DNA of 64,000 nt from Candidatus Omnitrophota bacterium (GCA_023140385.1 JAGLLT010000018.1:6071-70070); one strand, 5' to 3'; counted from the stretch's first letter, positions 49,834 through 60,013 are shown. A program made the numbers and translations. The notes: generated from the letters alone by a model not told the origin.

Positions 49834-52242
49834 ATGGCAGAAAAAAATTATAATACTCCATATGGCTATTTTAGCGAAGACGGCAAAGAGTATGTAATAA
49901 AAACACCCCTGACACCCAGGCCGTGGGTGAACGTAATTTCCAACAGTAAAAATTACGGCTTGGTTGTTTCTCAGGCGGGAGGCGGTTACAGCTGGTATAA
50001 GCACGCGCGTGAGAATAGAATTACCAGGTGGAATCAGGACATTGTCAGGGACAACTGGGGTAAGTTTATATATATAAGGGATAACAAAACCGGTAAGTTT
50101 TGGTCATCTACTTATCAACCGGTAAAAAAAAGTCCAAAGAACTACAAATGCCGCCATGGATTGGGCTTTAGTACTTTTGAAAGCCTGCATAATGATATTC
50201 GGACAATCCTGACCGTCTTAGTGGCTCCGGATGACACATTGGAAATATGGTCTTTAACGCTTGAAAATCTAAGTTCAAAGAAAAGAGATTTAAGCCTCTT
50301 TACCTATCTGGAGTGGGCCCTGGGTGTAGCTCCCGATGCTCACAGGGAATTTCATAAATTATTTATCGAGACTAAATACGACCCCAAACAAAAAGCTTTG
50401 CTGGCTGAGAAAAGACTCTGGACCGTCAAGACTCAGGATGGGATTCCGTGGAATAAGTCATGGGATTACCTTGCCTTTCATTCTTCAAGTGTGAGGCCCG
50501 TCTCTTTTGAAGGCGACAAAGAGAGCTTTTTAGGCCAATATGGTGACTTTAACGAACCGGCGGCCGTGAAAAAGGGAGTGTGTTCGAATAGTGACGGGAA
50601 GTGGAATGATTCCATTGGCAGCCTGCATGTAAATGTTAAATTAGATGCTAAACAGAAAAAAAAGGTAGTTTTTACTTTAGGCCTGGCAAAAGACAAAAAG
50701 CAGGTTGAGAAGCTTATTAAACAGTATTGCTGTATAACAGGAGCGGAAGAGGCCTTAGAAAAGGCTAAAAAAAGCTGGGTTGACCTGCTTGATGGTTTTC
50801 ACATAGAGACACCTGATAAAGGTTTTAATTTTATTAATAACTATTGGTTAAGGTATCAAGCCATCTCTTCCAGGCTGTGGGGCCGATCGGCCTATTATCA
50901 GACGGGCGGCGATTTTGGTTATAGAGATCAACTTCAGGATTCTCAAATTTTTCTGACTACTAATCCTGAACTGACAAAAAAACAAATTCTGCTTAATGCC
51001 TCGCATCAATTTAAAGACGGTATGGTGCAGCACTGGTGGAATCCGCTTAATGATATAGGTGCTAAAAACAACATCACCGACAATTTATTGTGGCTGCCTT
51101 TTGTAACTATTAATTATCTGAAGGAGACGGCGGATTATGGCCTCCTGAAAGAAAAGGTTGGTTACCTTGACTCTAATAGAAAAACCTCGGTATATGATCA
51201 TTGCCTTAAGGCTATAGAAAAAAGTCTCAGCAGGCTAAGTTCCCGCGGCCTGCCTCTTCTTGGAGAAGGTGATTGGAATGACGGCCTTTGCCGCGCCGGT
51301 GACAAATGGAAGGGTGAATCTGTCTGGCTGGGGCATTTTTTGTGCGGCATACTTTCCGAGTGGTCGGATTTATTAACCAGGCTTAATAAAAGAAAAGTTG
51401 CTCAAAGATTTAAAGAGGAAGTCAAAAGGCTGAAAGACAATATAAACGAACATGCCTGGGACGGCAAGTGGTATATAAGGGCAACCAGAGACGATGGAAT
51501 TGTTCTGGGAAGTAAAGCGCGGGAGGAAGGGAAAATATTTCTGAATGCCCAGACGTGGGCTATTATTAACGGAATAATTCCTCCGGCCAGGCTGAAGACA
51601 GTACTGGAGTCTCTTGATAAGCATCTTTACCGTGAATACGGGCCGATTCTTTTCTTTCCCGCTTATTCTAAGGCTGATGCCAGGATAGGGTATTTATCCC
51701 GCTACGCGCCGGGCGCGAGAGAAAACGGCGGTTTGTATACCCACGCCGCCTGTTGGGCGGTTATCGCGGAGGTTGTCGCCGGACGCGCCGCTAAGGCCTG
51801 GGATTTGTATGATAGATTTATGCCTGTTAAAAGAGGGATGAATCCGGACTTTTATAAAGCTGAGCCGTACGTGACCTGCGGCAATGTAGACGGCCCGGAT
51901 TCTAAGAATTTCGGGCGGGGAGCCTGGAGCTGGTATTCGGGTTCGGCCGGCTGGTATTTTAAGGCGGGCATAGAATGGCTCATTGGTGTTAGAGCTGAAT
52001 ATGATGGACTGAGAATTGAGCCGATCCTGCCCGACGACTGGACAGAATGTTCCGTAAAGAGAGTTTTTAGGGGAGCTACTTATAATATCAAGATATTCAA
52101 ATATGATGGGCCCGATCAGATAATAGTTGACGGTAAGGTGCATAGCAGCAATGTTATTCCGGCCTTTAAGGATAAGAAAGAACATAGTGTAATCTTCAGG
52201 ATAACAAAAAATTACCCGCTCAGAGCAAGAAGAATAGGTTGA
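49834..52242 (+). CDS. GH94 glycoside phosphorylase (cellobiose/chitobiose phosphorylase-like)
   Basis: TPRPWVN, GYRDQLQD, GDWNDGL, ENGGLYTHA, WYSGSAGW. Confidence 0.92.
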   Translation: MAEKNYNTPYGYFSEDGKEYVIKTPLTPRPWVNVISNSKNYGLVVSQAGGGYSWYKHARENRITRWNQDIVRDNWGKFIYIRDNKTGKFWSSTYQPVKKSPKNYKCRHGLGFSTFESLHNDIRTILTVLVAPDDTLEIWSLTLENLSSKKRDLSLFTYLEWALGVAPDAHREFHKLFIETKYDPKQKALLAEKRLWTVKTQDGIPWNKSWDYLAFHSSSVRPVSFEGDKESFLGQYGDFNEPAAVKKGVCSNSDGKWNDSIGSLHVNVKLDAKQKKKVVFTLGLAKDKKQVEKLIKQYCCITGAEEALEKAKKSWVDLLDGFHIETPDKGFNFINNYWLRYQAISSRLWGRSAYYQTGGDFGYRDQLQDSQIFLTTNPELTKKQILLNASHQFKDGMVQHWWNPLNDIGAKNNITDNLLWLPFVTINYLKETADYGLLKEKVGYLDSNRKTSVYDHCLKAIEKSLSRLSSRGLPLLGEGDWNDGLCRAGDKWKGESVWLGHFLCGILSEWSDLLTRLNKRKVAQRFKEEVKRLKDNINEHAWDGKWYIRATRDDGIVLGSKAREEGKIFLNAQTWAIINGIIPPARLKTVLESLDKHLYREYGPILFFPAYSKADARIGYLSRYAPGARENGGLYTHAACWAVIAEVVAGRAAKAWDLYDRFMPVKRGMNPDFYKAEPYVTCGNVDGPDSKNFGRGAWSWYSGSAGWYFKAGIEWLIGVRAEYDGLRIEPILPDDWTECSVKRVFRGATYNIKIFKYDGPDQIIVDGKVHSSNVIPAFKDKKEHSVIFRITKNYPLRARRIG

Positions 52243-52267
52243 CAAATTAGGTAAGTTGTGATAGTAT
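52239..52267 (+). promoter_or_regulatory. Putative sigma70 promoter upstream of the AraC gene
   Basis: TTGACA (overlapping the GH94 stop), 17 nt, TAGTAT with TGn. Confidence 0.5.
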
Positions 52268-52420
52268 TTCTTTGCGTAGGGGGTTCTTGATTTTCATTCG
52301 ATTAATTTTTACAATTTTTGAGAATATAATCGCCGGAAGGAAGGGGCGATTTGGATGGACATTAAGAGGTTTGATTTTATGAAGTCAATTCTTGGTGAAG
52401 TTGGCGGTTCTATACTGACG

Positions 52421-52453
52421 AAAAAGGTCTTCTCTAAAAGAGAAGGCCTTTTT
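52421..52453 (+). terminator. Strong hairpin (terminator-like, possibly bidirectional)
   Basis: AAAAAGGTCTTCTCT-AAA-AGAGAAGGCCTTTTT. Confidence 0.7.
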
Positions 52454-52487
52454 GATGGATTATTAATATTTTTAAAGGTTTAATGAA

Positions 52488-53375
52488 TTGAGGAAAATGA
52501 ATAGTCTTATTGACGTATCAAGGTTCGGCGAGATAAAGATTATAAAAGAGTTAAGTGTTTTTTTTGACGCTCTTTTTGGATTGAAGTTGTCTTTTTACCG
52601 GTTTAACGGCGAAAGCGCGAGTAACTTCTGCCGTATAAACGGTATCGGAAAATCAACGGGAGCAGGATCAGTCAAGTGTGAAAAAGTAATAGCTGGAGAT
52701 GTGAAAAGGGCAATTGAGAAGAAAAAAACGCAAATTTCGAGTTGTCAGCCGGGTATAAAAAGATTTATTGTTCCCATTTTGTTTCGCAAAAAAGTTTACG
52801 GAATAGCCGTGTCTAATGGCATAAGGGTAATGAACAAAGACCGGCTGTCTATGGAGAAAAAAGAGCGCGGGAAGTCTGTAAAAAAGAAATTACGCAAAGA
52901 AGGCAAAGAAATATGCGTTCTGGATAAAAGCAGATTAGACCAACTCTGCTTTTTTCTGGAGTCGTTTGTTAATTACGTTTTTATGTCGAAGTTTGAAGAG
53001 ATGGTTTTTATGAGTTCAGAATTGTCTCAGACCCATTTGCAAGAAAGTATCGCCAGGGCGATAGACCACATAAGGGAGAACTATTACCGGCCTAATTTAA
53101 GCCTCGGTGAAGTTTCTAAGGTAGTCAGCCTGAGTCCCTATTATTTTTCACATCAGTTCAAAAAAGAGTACAACGCGACCTTCATTGAATATCTGACAAA
53201 AATCAGGCTGGAAGCCGCTGTTAGGCTGCTTAAAGACCGGCGTCTTAGTGTAGCTCAGGTGTCTTTCGCGGCCGGTTATCAAGACCCGAATTACTTCAGT
53301 AAAGTTTTTAAAAAATGGATGAATATTTCACCTCAGGAATACAGGGATCAAATTGTGGATCAAAAAGTTTCATAA
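52488..53375 (+). CDS. AraC-family regulator with PocR-like sensor domain
   Basis: N-terminal C...CQPG..FIVPI PocR-like pattern; C-terminal LSPYYFSHQFK...GYQDPNYFSKVFKK...SPQEYR. Start may be ATG 52497. Confidence 0.88.
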   Translation: MRKMNSLIDVSRFGEIKIIKELSVFFDALFGLKLSFYRFNGESASNFCRINGIGKSTGAGSVKCEKVIAGDVKRAIEKKKTQISSCQPGIKRFIVPILFRKKVYGIAVSNGIRVMNKDRLSMEKKERGKSVKKKLRKEGKEICVLDKSRLDQLCFFLESFVNYVFMSKFEEMVFMSSELSQTHLQESIARAIDHIRENYYRPNLSLGEVSKVVSLSPYYFSHQFKKEYNATFIEYLTKIRLEAAVRLLKDRRLSVAQVSFAAGYQDPNYFSKVFKKWMNISPQEYRDQIVDQKVS

Positions 53376-53389
53376 AAGAGGGTGAATGT

Positions 53390-53839
53390 ATGATTAATGA
53401 AAAAAGAAGGCAGAAGAGAAGTAGTGTCGAGGTGCGGTTTTTGGGTCAACTTCTAAGAAAAGATAAGCGTACCGTGTTGACGAATGAGATACCGGTTCTG
53501 TCTAAAGATATAAGTCTGGGCGGAGTGAGGTTGAGCTGGCCGAAGGGCTGGAAGTGCGATAAATGTTCGAATTGCCTGGGATGGGTTTTTAACTTTAACT
53601 GCCGCTTTAAAAGCAATAATACTAATAGAATTAACAGGATAGTAGACGGGGATGTAGTTTTAAAGGTTATCTTTCAGGAAAAGGATGATAGCTCCAAGGA
53701 GGTACTGTCAAAAGTAGTTTGGGCGGAAGAGCCGCAAAAAGAAGATTTGCATTATGATATAGGCCTTAGTTTTATCAAGTTGGATAAAGCGGTTGAAGAA
53801 GATATAAATTATTTGATAAAAGGCAGGCCTAAAAAATAG
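53390..53839 (+). CDS. PilZ-domain protein with Cys-rich insertion
   Basis: RxxxR (RRQKR), DISLGG, KVVW, IGLSF; insert CDKCSNC...C. Confidence 0.82.
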   Translation: MINEKRRQKRSSVEVRFLGQLLRKDKRTVLTNEIPVLSKDISLGGVRLSWPKGWKCDKCSNCLGWVFNFNCRFKSNNTNRINRIVDGDVVLKVIFQEKDDSSKEVLSKVVWAEEPQKEDLHYDIGLSFIKLDKAVEEDINYLIKGRPKK

Positions 53840-53841
53840 AG

Positions 53842-53904
53842 AAAAGGGCAAATTTATTTTTCTTTCTTCTGAAAGCAAAATTAAGAAAATGAATTTGCCC
53901 TTTT
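53842..53904 (+). terminator. Long stem-loop between the PilZ and GH35 genes
   Basis: AAAAGGGCAAATTTATTTT pairs with AAAATGAATTTGCCCTTTT (one G-U pair). Confidence 0.6.
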
Positions 53905-53941
53905 TCTTATCGCGAAAAATTAACTTAAAAGAGGGGTAAAA

Positions 53942-56356
53942 ATGGATTTTAAGATTACTAAGGACGGATTCAGGCTTAACAACAATGACTTTTTTATTTT
54001 CTCAGGTGAAATTCATTATTTTAGAATTCCAAAGAAATTATGGAAGCTTCATCTTACCAAATTGAAGGAAGCCAACTGCAATACGGTTTCTTTTTATATT
54101 CCCTGGTGCTGGCATGAGTATGAGGACAATAAGTTTGATTTTACGGGGGATAGCCGCGCGGAGAGAGATTTGATAGGATTTCTGAATTTGTGCTATGAAA
54201 TGGGCCTCTATGTGATTGTTAAACCGGGCCCTTATATCCTGGCTGAGTACAAACGCAACGGCCTGCCTGAGTGGCTTTTTGAAAAATATCCGGAGGTTCA
54301 GGCGCTTGATAAGGACAATAATATCCATCCCTTAAAGATGACCAGTTATATGAACCCCGTCTATTTAAAGTATGCCAAGCGCTGGTACAAAAATGTAATG
54401 CCGATAATTGAAAAATATCAGATTAGTAATGACAAAATGATCATTATGATGCAGTTATGCAATGAAATAGCTTTTTATTATTGGTTTTCTGCTGAGGGTG
54501 ATTACAACCGGGAATGCATTAAACACTATCACGATTTTTTGAAAAAGAACTACGGGCATATCTCGAAGCTAAATGAAGTTTACCGGACAAACTACGAAGA
54601 GTTTAGTGAAGTAAAAGCCCCTTCGGAAAAGGTAAAAAATAAAGAAGATTATCTGGAGTATAAAGATTGGCACCTTTTTTACCACCGATACTATGCCGCC
54701 TATCTCATCTATTTGCTTAAAGAGGCAAGGAGCTTTAAGATAACGATACCGGCTTTTCATAACCTCCCGGGCTGGATAGACGGCCGGGCATTGGAGTATC
54801 CGGTTAACATAATTATGTATGATGAGTTGGATAATCTATGCCCTGAGATTATGCTGGGAGTTGATCATATTCCCGAGGCGGTAGACTTCAGGAATATGCA
54901 TGATGATTTGATTTGTAATGAGGTTGTACGCGCTTTGCAGGGACACAGCTATCCTGTTTTGGGGATAGAGATGCAAGCCGGCAGCCGCCATCATAAAACC
55001 CGCGTATACGCGAACGAGTTAAATCTTTTTTATAAAGCCTGTTTGGCCCATGGCATGAAAGGAATGAACTTTTATATGTTTTCGCAGGGCGTAAATCCTC
55101 CGAGAAAGGGTGATCTGGGGCCTGTTTTCTATTGGCAGACCCCTCTTGATGTTAAAGGCGAGCAAAGCGATTTGTACGAGGTCATCAGGAACTTGGGAAA
55201 GTTTATTAAAACACACGGTGAGAATTTAATAAATGTTAAGAAGCATGTGGAAATTTGTGTTGGTTTATACCGTCCGTATTATCATACAGAATTTACTATT
55301 CCCGCTTTTGGTAATCGGAAAATGGATGTCTCCGACTTGGGCTTGTCCTACGACCCGAAACGGCTGAGAGATCAGGTCCTTTTTGACGGGCTTTTAAGAT
55401 CTCTTCAGGTGCTCAATGAAGACTTTATTGTTGAGGATATCCAGGCGGCAGCCTTAGAAAGATTGAAGAAGTATAAGCAGCTCTGGATAATTTCCCTGGA
55501 TTATATGGATAAGGATACGCAGAAGAAGCTGGCTGATTATGTAAAAGGCGGAGGGCACTTAATTATTATGCCCACCTTCCCAAATAAAGATTTAAGCTTA
55601 AATGAATGCGCTTATCTTGAGGATGAATGCGGTGTTAAGAGGAAAGAGGCGGTTTTTCCGGTGACACCTAAAATAGATCTTCTGGGTGTTAAGGATTTTC
55701 AATGCCTGCCCAGAATCAATCTTTATGAGGAAGGCGCCTCGGAGGTTATTGCCAGAACGGAAAAGGGAGAGTGCTGCGGCCTGACAAAAAATACCGGCAA
55801 AGGAAGGGTGACGGTGCTGGGAACAGCCTTTAGTTATGAATTGGGAGAGCATTTAGAGGCTTACGGCAGGCTGATAGCGACCGATAGAATAAATAAGTAT
55901 ACCCTTAGTAATAACCCGGAGATAATTGCCGGACAGCTTTTCAATGAAGAGTACAGTTATCTCTACGTTCTTAATTATCACCGTAACGCCCAGGCCGTAC
56001 GATTAACAGTTAAAAGTCCCACCGGTAAAGAAGAGATTGTTGTACCGTTTGAGGAGAAGTTGTTAATGCCTCCCACATACGGCTTTATTACGCCGGTTAA
56101 TCTGAGATTGAGCGAAGAAGCTGTTTTAAAGTATGCCACCTCCGAGCTTTTGTCTATGGATGCCGCCGATGGCCGGATAAAATTTGAAGTCGCGGGCCAT
56201 CCTGATCTCAGAGGCGGTTTGGTGTTGGAACTTTCTAAAAAACCCAAACAAGTTTTAATTGACGGCAAAGAAGGTTCTTTTAGTTATAAAGACGGGAAGC
56301 TGTTTCTGTCATACTCTCATCGGGAGAAGCCTTTTCAGGTAGTCGTCAGTATATAG
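53942..56356 (+). CDS. GH35-family glycoside hydrolase (beta-galactosidase/GlmA-like)
   Basis: SGEIHYFRIP, YIPWCWHE, KPGPYILAE, QLCNE, IEMQAG, NFYMF; C-terminal trimerisation-like domains. Confidence 0.85.
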   Translation: MDFKITKDGFRLNNNDFFIFSGEIHYFRIPKKLWKLHLTKLKEANCNTVSFYIPWCWHEYEDNKFDFTGDSRAERDLIGFLNLCYEMGLYVIVKPGPYILAEYKRNGLPEWLFEKYPEVQALDKDNNIHPLKMTSYMNPVYLKYAKRWYKNVMPIIEKYQISNDKMIIMMQLCNEIAFYYWFSAEGDYNRECIKHYHDFLKKNYGHISKLNEVYRTNYEEFSEVKAPSEKVKNKEDYLEYKDWHLFYHRYYAAYLIYLLKEARSFKITIPAFHNLPGWIDGRALEYPVNIIMYDELDNLCPEIMLGVDHIPEAVDFRNMHDDLICNEVVRALQGHSYPVLGIEMQAGSRHHKTRVYANELNLFYKACLAHGMKGMNFYMFSQGVNPPRKGDLGPVFYWQTPLDVKGEQSDLYEVIRNLGKFIKTHGENLINVKKHVEICVGLYRPYYHTEFTIPAFGNRKMDVSDLGLSYDPKRLRDQVLFDGLLRSLQVLNEDFIVEDIQAAALERLKKYKQLWIISLDYMDKDTQKKLADYVKGGGHLIIMPTFPNKDLSLNECAYLEDECGVKRKEAVFPVTPKIDLLGVKDFQCLPRINLYEEGASEVIARTEKGECCGLTKNTGKGRVTVLGTAFSYELGEHLEAYGRLIATDRINKYTLSNNPEIIAGQLFNEEYSYLYVLNYHRNAQAVRLTVKSPTGKEEIVVPFEEKLLMPPTYGFITPVNLRLSEEAVLKYATSELLSMDAADGRIKFEVAGHPDLRGGLVLELSKKPKQVLIDGKEGSFSYKDGKLFLSYSHREKPFQVVVSI

Positions 56357-56500
56357 TGAAAAATTAAAGACTAACCGGGCGGCGCGGTATTTTTTTTCTT
56401 GAATAGGCTTATTGTTCGTGGCATAATAAATTACATGTTTAGTTCTAAAAGATGCCTATTGAGTTGGTAGTGTATCCATTAAATATATAGCGGGAGGGAA

Positions 56501-57088
56501 ATGATGAAAGTAAATAAGGCTTTTATTCTGGGCGCTTGCTTGCTGATGCTCGCGGTATTTTTTGGCTGTGGATGGCTATCCAATGAAGAAGATGCCAGGA
56601 AGATGGTGATAGATAAAGACGCTTCTTTTTTAAGGATTTTAGAGGAAAAGGACGGAGTAGATAAAAAGATAAAACAAGCCAGAAACGCGCTCTCGGCTGA
56701 AAAAAAAGCGGCAGACAGCAGGATAAGGAAGATAAAGAAAGAATACTCTGTTCAGGAAAAAGAAGTTAAGCTGGAAATTAAAGGTTTAAAAGAAGGGATT
56801 AATAAATACGTAAATGAAATAAAGAGTGACATTCGCAGTTTGTCGAGTAAATTGAAAATGAAAAAAAGAATAGCAAAAAACCTGAACTCCTCCATTAAAG
56901 AAGCAAACAGGCTTTTGGATAAGGATAGCCAGATAAAGTTAACCCCTGAAGAAAGAAAGAAGTGGCGGGAGAAACTATCTGATTTAAAACTGCAAAAGAA
57001 AGATATTATGGCTGATATAGGCGTTTTAAATAATGAGCTGTCTGTTGAAAAAACAAAAGTCAGGCTTCTTAAGATTAAAAACAAGTAA
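56501..57088 (+). CDS. Hypothetical coiled-coil lipoprotein
   Basis: Lipobox FFGC; Lys-rich heptad repeats; RBS GGGAGG. Confidence 0.7.
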   Translation: MMKVNKAFILGACLLMLAVFFGCGWLSNEEDARKMVIDKDASFLRILEEKDGVDKKIKQARNALSAEKKAADSRIRKIKKEYSVQEKEVKLEIKGLKEGINKYVNEIKSDIRSLSSKLKMKKRIAKNLNSSIKEANRLLDKDSQIKLTPEERKKWREKLSDLKLQKKDIMADIGVLNNELSVEKTKVRLLKIKNK

Positions 57089-57104
57089 GTGAGGTAGAGT
57101 TAAA

Positions 57105-58688
57105 GTGGTAAAGATTAGAAGGGCCCTAATCAGTGTCTCGGATAAGAGTGGAATAACGGAATTTGCCCGGGAACTTGAAGCTCTGGGAATTGAGATAATT
57201 TCAACGGGGGGTACCAGAAAAGCATTGGAAGAGGCCGGGATTAAGCTTAGGCCTGTTTCAGAGCTAACCGGTACCGGTGAGATGCTTGATGGTAGAGTTA
57301 AAACCCTGCATCCTAAAATTTACGGCGGGCTTTTAGCCGTACGCGACAACCAAAAGCACATAGAAGAACTGAAAAAAGCCGGTATTGAGTTAATAGATAT
57401 GGTTGTCGTCAACCTCTATCCTTTTGAAAAAGTTATTGCCGAAGACAGTGTTGTGCTTGGGGAGGCTGTGGAAAATATAGACATCGGAGGCCCGGCATTG
57501 TTGAGAGCGGCCGCCAAGAATTATAAGTCTGTAGCGGCTGTATCTAACGCGGGCAGGTATACCGGCATTATCAAAGAGCTAAAAGATAATGATAACCGTT
57601 TAAATGAGATGACTTTGTCTGAATTAGCTGTTGAAGTTTTTGAGGTTACTGCCGGCTACGATAAGAAGATATCGGACTTTTTGAAGGCTCGTCTTGGGCT
57701 TACTGCCGATGGAGGAGGGCCGGGCGATAATGAATTTGCTTTCTCCGGTGAGTTAGAGCTGAGGCTAAAGAAAATACAGGACTTAAGATATGGAGAAAAT
57801 CCCCATCAGAAGGCCGCTTTTTACAGGGATGATAAGGTTACCGAACCAAGCGTTTGTTCTTTAAAACAACTTTCCGGCAAGGAACTGTCTTTTAATAACA
57901 TTATGGATTTAAACGCCGCCATTGAGCTTATAAAGGACTTTGAAAATCCTGCCGCCTGCATATTGAAGCATAATAATCCCTGCGGAGCCGCCTTGGGTTC
58001 TAATCTTGCTTCAGCTTATGAAAAGGCGTTAGAAAGCGACCCGCTTTCCGCTTTTGGGGGGATTGTAGGTTTAAACAAGGTTGTTGATGAAGACACGGCA
58101 GGCTTAATAAATTCCAGCAGGTTTATTGAGTGCGTAATTGCCCCCGGTTACACGGATAAGGCTGTGCAGATTCTTAAAAGAAAAAAAAATATGAGAATTT
58201 TAGATATTCCGGATATGAATAAGCGGGGATTGGATATTGACATTAAGAAAGTGACAGGCGGCATGCTTGTACAGGAAAAAGATGTAATTAAAGTTGAAGC
58301 CGGAGACCTAAAAGTAACTACCAGAAGAAAACCTACCCCCGAGGAAATAGACTCTTTATTGTTTGCCTGGCATGTATGTAAGTATGTTAAATCCAACGCT
58401 ATTGTCCTGGCCGACGGCAGTCAGACCGTAAGTATCGGAGCGGGGCAAATGAGCAGAGTTGATTCGGTCGTTATTGCCATTAAGAAGGCGGGCAAAAGAG
58501 CCCGGGGCTCTGTTATGGCAAGTGATGCCTTCTTTCCGATGAAGGACTCTATTGAAAAGGCTTGTAAAGCGGGCATTAGGGCTATAATACAGCCGGGTGG
58601 TTCCATTAGAGATGAGGAAGTAATAAAGGAAGCGGATGCCGGACAGATAGCCATGGTCTTTACGGGTATCAGGCACTTTAAACACTAA
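57105..58688 (+). CDS. purH: Bifunctional AICAR transformylase/IMP cyclohydrolase
   Basis: RALISVSDK, GRVKTLHP, LRYGENPHQ, KHNNPCG, ASDAFFP, FTGIRHFKH. Confidence 0.98.
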   Translation: MVKIRRALISVSDKSGITEFARELEALGIEIISTGGTRKALEEAGIKLRPVSELTGTGEMLDGRVKTLHPKIYGGLLAVRDNQKHIEELKKAGIELIDMVVVNLYPFEKVIAEDSVVLGEAVENIDIGGPALLRAAAKNYKSVAAVSNAGRYTGIIKELKDNDNRLNEMTLSELAVEVFEVTAGYDKKISDFLKARLGLTADGGGPGDNEFAFSGELELRLKKIQDLRYGENPHQKAAFYRDDKVTEPSVCSLKQLSGKELSFNNIMDLNAAIELIKDFENPAACILKHNNPCGAALGSNLASAYEKALESDPLSAFGGIVGLNKVVDEDTAGLINSSRFIECVIAPGYTDKAVQILKRKKNMRILDIPDMNKRGLDIDIKKVTGGMLVQEKDVIKVEAGDLKVTTRRKPTPEEIDSLLFAWHVCKYVKSNAIVLADGSQTVSIGAGQMSRVDSVVIAIKKAGKRARGSVMASDAFFPMKDSIEKACKAGIRAIIQPGGSIRDEEVIKEADAGQIAMVFTGIRHFKH

Positions 58689-58693
58689 TCTAA

Positions 58694-60013
58694 ATGGATT
58701 ATAAAGAGGCAGTTTTATATCTCAACTCTTTTATAAATAATGAAAAAAACAAAAACTTTTCATACAAAAAATTCCGCCTCGAGAGAGTGCGGGAAATCCT
58801 TAATTTCTTAGACAATCCCCACGAAAAAATAACGGCTATTCATATAGCAGGCACTAAAGGCAAAGGTTCGACGGCAGCCTTTATAAGCAGTATTTTGAAA
58901 AAGGCCGGCTATAAAACAGGCCTTTATACTTCACCGCATCTACACGATTTCCGTGAAAGGATTCAATTAAACAGCCGCAAAATCAGCAAGAGAGACCTGA
59001 TGCGCGTTGTTAAAAAAGTTAAAGTCGCGGTAGATGAATATTTGGAAAAAGGAAGCAGCCGCCCGACTTTCTTTGAAATTTATACCATCGCCGCTTTTTT
59101 GTACTTTAGTTATAAAAGGGCCGATATCGTAGTGCTTGAGGTTGGCATTGGAGGACGGCTTGACGCTACCAACGTTGTTCGTTCCCTGATTTCTGTTATT
59201 ACGCCCATTAGTTATGAGCACACAGGTAAACTCGGAAAGACACTGGCGAAAATAGCGGCTGAAAAGGCAGGTATTATAAAAGAACGGTCGATGGCCATAA
59301 GCGCACCTCAGCCAAAGGCGGCCGAAAGAGTTATAGAATCGAGAGCGCGGGAGGTAAAGGCCGGCTTGCTTGTTATCGGCAAGGATGTATGTTTTAAAGA
59401 GGGAAAATTTAACGGCAGGTTTCAGTCTTTTACTGTTAGAAGTATGTCCGGCAGATTATTTAATTTAAAGACTTCTCTTTTGGGAAGGCATCAGATGATA
59501 AACGCTTCCTGCGGGGTAGCGGCCATTGAAGCCTTGAATTCTTATCATATCAAAGTAAGCTCAGACGCTGTTGAAAGCGGTGTAAATTCAGCCAGGTGGC
59601 CGGGAAGGTTGGAGGTGGCTGCCAGAAAACCCCTTGTTGTTTTAGATGGGGCTCAGAATAAAGCCAGTGCCAGAGTCTTAAAAGAGGCTGTCTTAAAATT
59701 ATTCAAGTACAGCCGCCTGATACTGATTCTTGGAGTATCTGAGGATAAGGATATTAAGGGTATATGTTCAGTGTTGGAAAAAATAAGTGATGTAATTATT
59801 TTAACCAAGGCCCTTCATCCCAGGGCAGTGTCTGTGGATTGCATAAAAAAGCATATTTCAGACAAAAAGAAGATTTATTTAAGCAATAGCGTTAGTAATG
59901 CTCTGGAGTTGGCGCGCGAGAAGGCCGGAGAGAATGATTTGATATTGGCCGCGGGCTCTTTGTTTGTGGTAGCCGAGGCTCGAAAAATAATCAGGGCGGA
60001 TAAGAATGGGTAA
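58694..60013 (+). CDS. folC: Folylpolyglutamate synthase/dihydrofolate synthase
   Basis: HIAGTKGKGST, YTSPHL, EVGIGGRLDATN, WPGRLE. Confidence 0.95.
   Translation: MDYKEAVLYLNSFINNEKNKNFSYKKFRLERVREILNFLDNPHEKITAIHIAGTKGKGSTAAFISSILKKAGYKTGLYTSPHLHDFRERIQLNSRKISKRDLMRVVKKVKVAVDEYLEKGSSRPTFFEIYTIAAFLYFSYKRADIVVLEVGIGGRLDATNVVRSLISVITPISYEHTGKLGKTLAKIAAEKAGIIKERSMAISAPQPKAAERVIESRAREVKAGLLVIGKDVCFKEGKFNGRFQSFTVRSMSGRLFNLKTSLLGRHQMINASCGVAAIEALNSYHIKVSSDAVESGVNSARWPGRLEVAARKPLVVLDGAQNKASARVLKEAVLKLFKYSRLILILGVSEDKDIKGICSVLEKISDVIILTKALHPRAVSVDCIKKHISDKKKIYLSNSVSNALELAREKAGENDLILAAGSLFVVAEARKIIRADKNG

Noticed and set aside
56373-56398. Terminator after the GH35 gene (ACCG...CGGT plus T run)
   Set aside because: Stem is too short to call with confidence.
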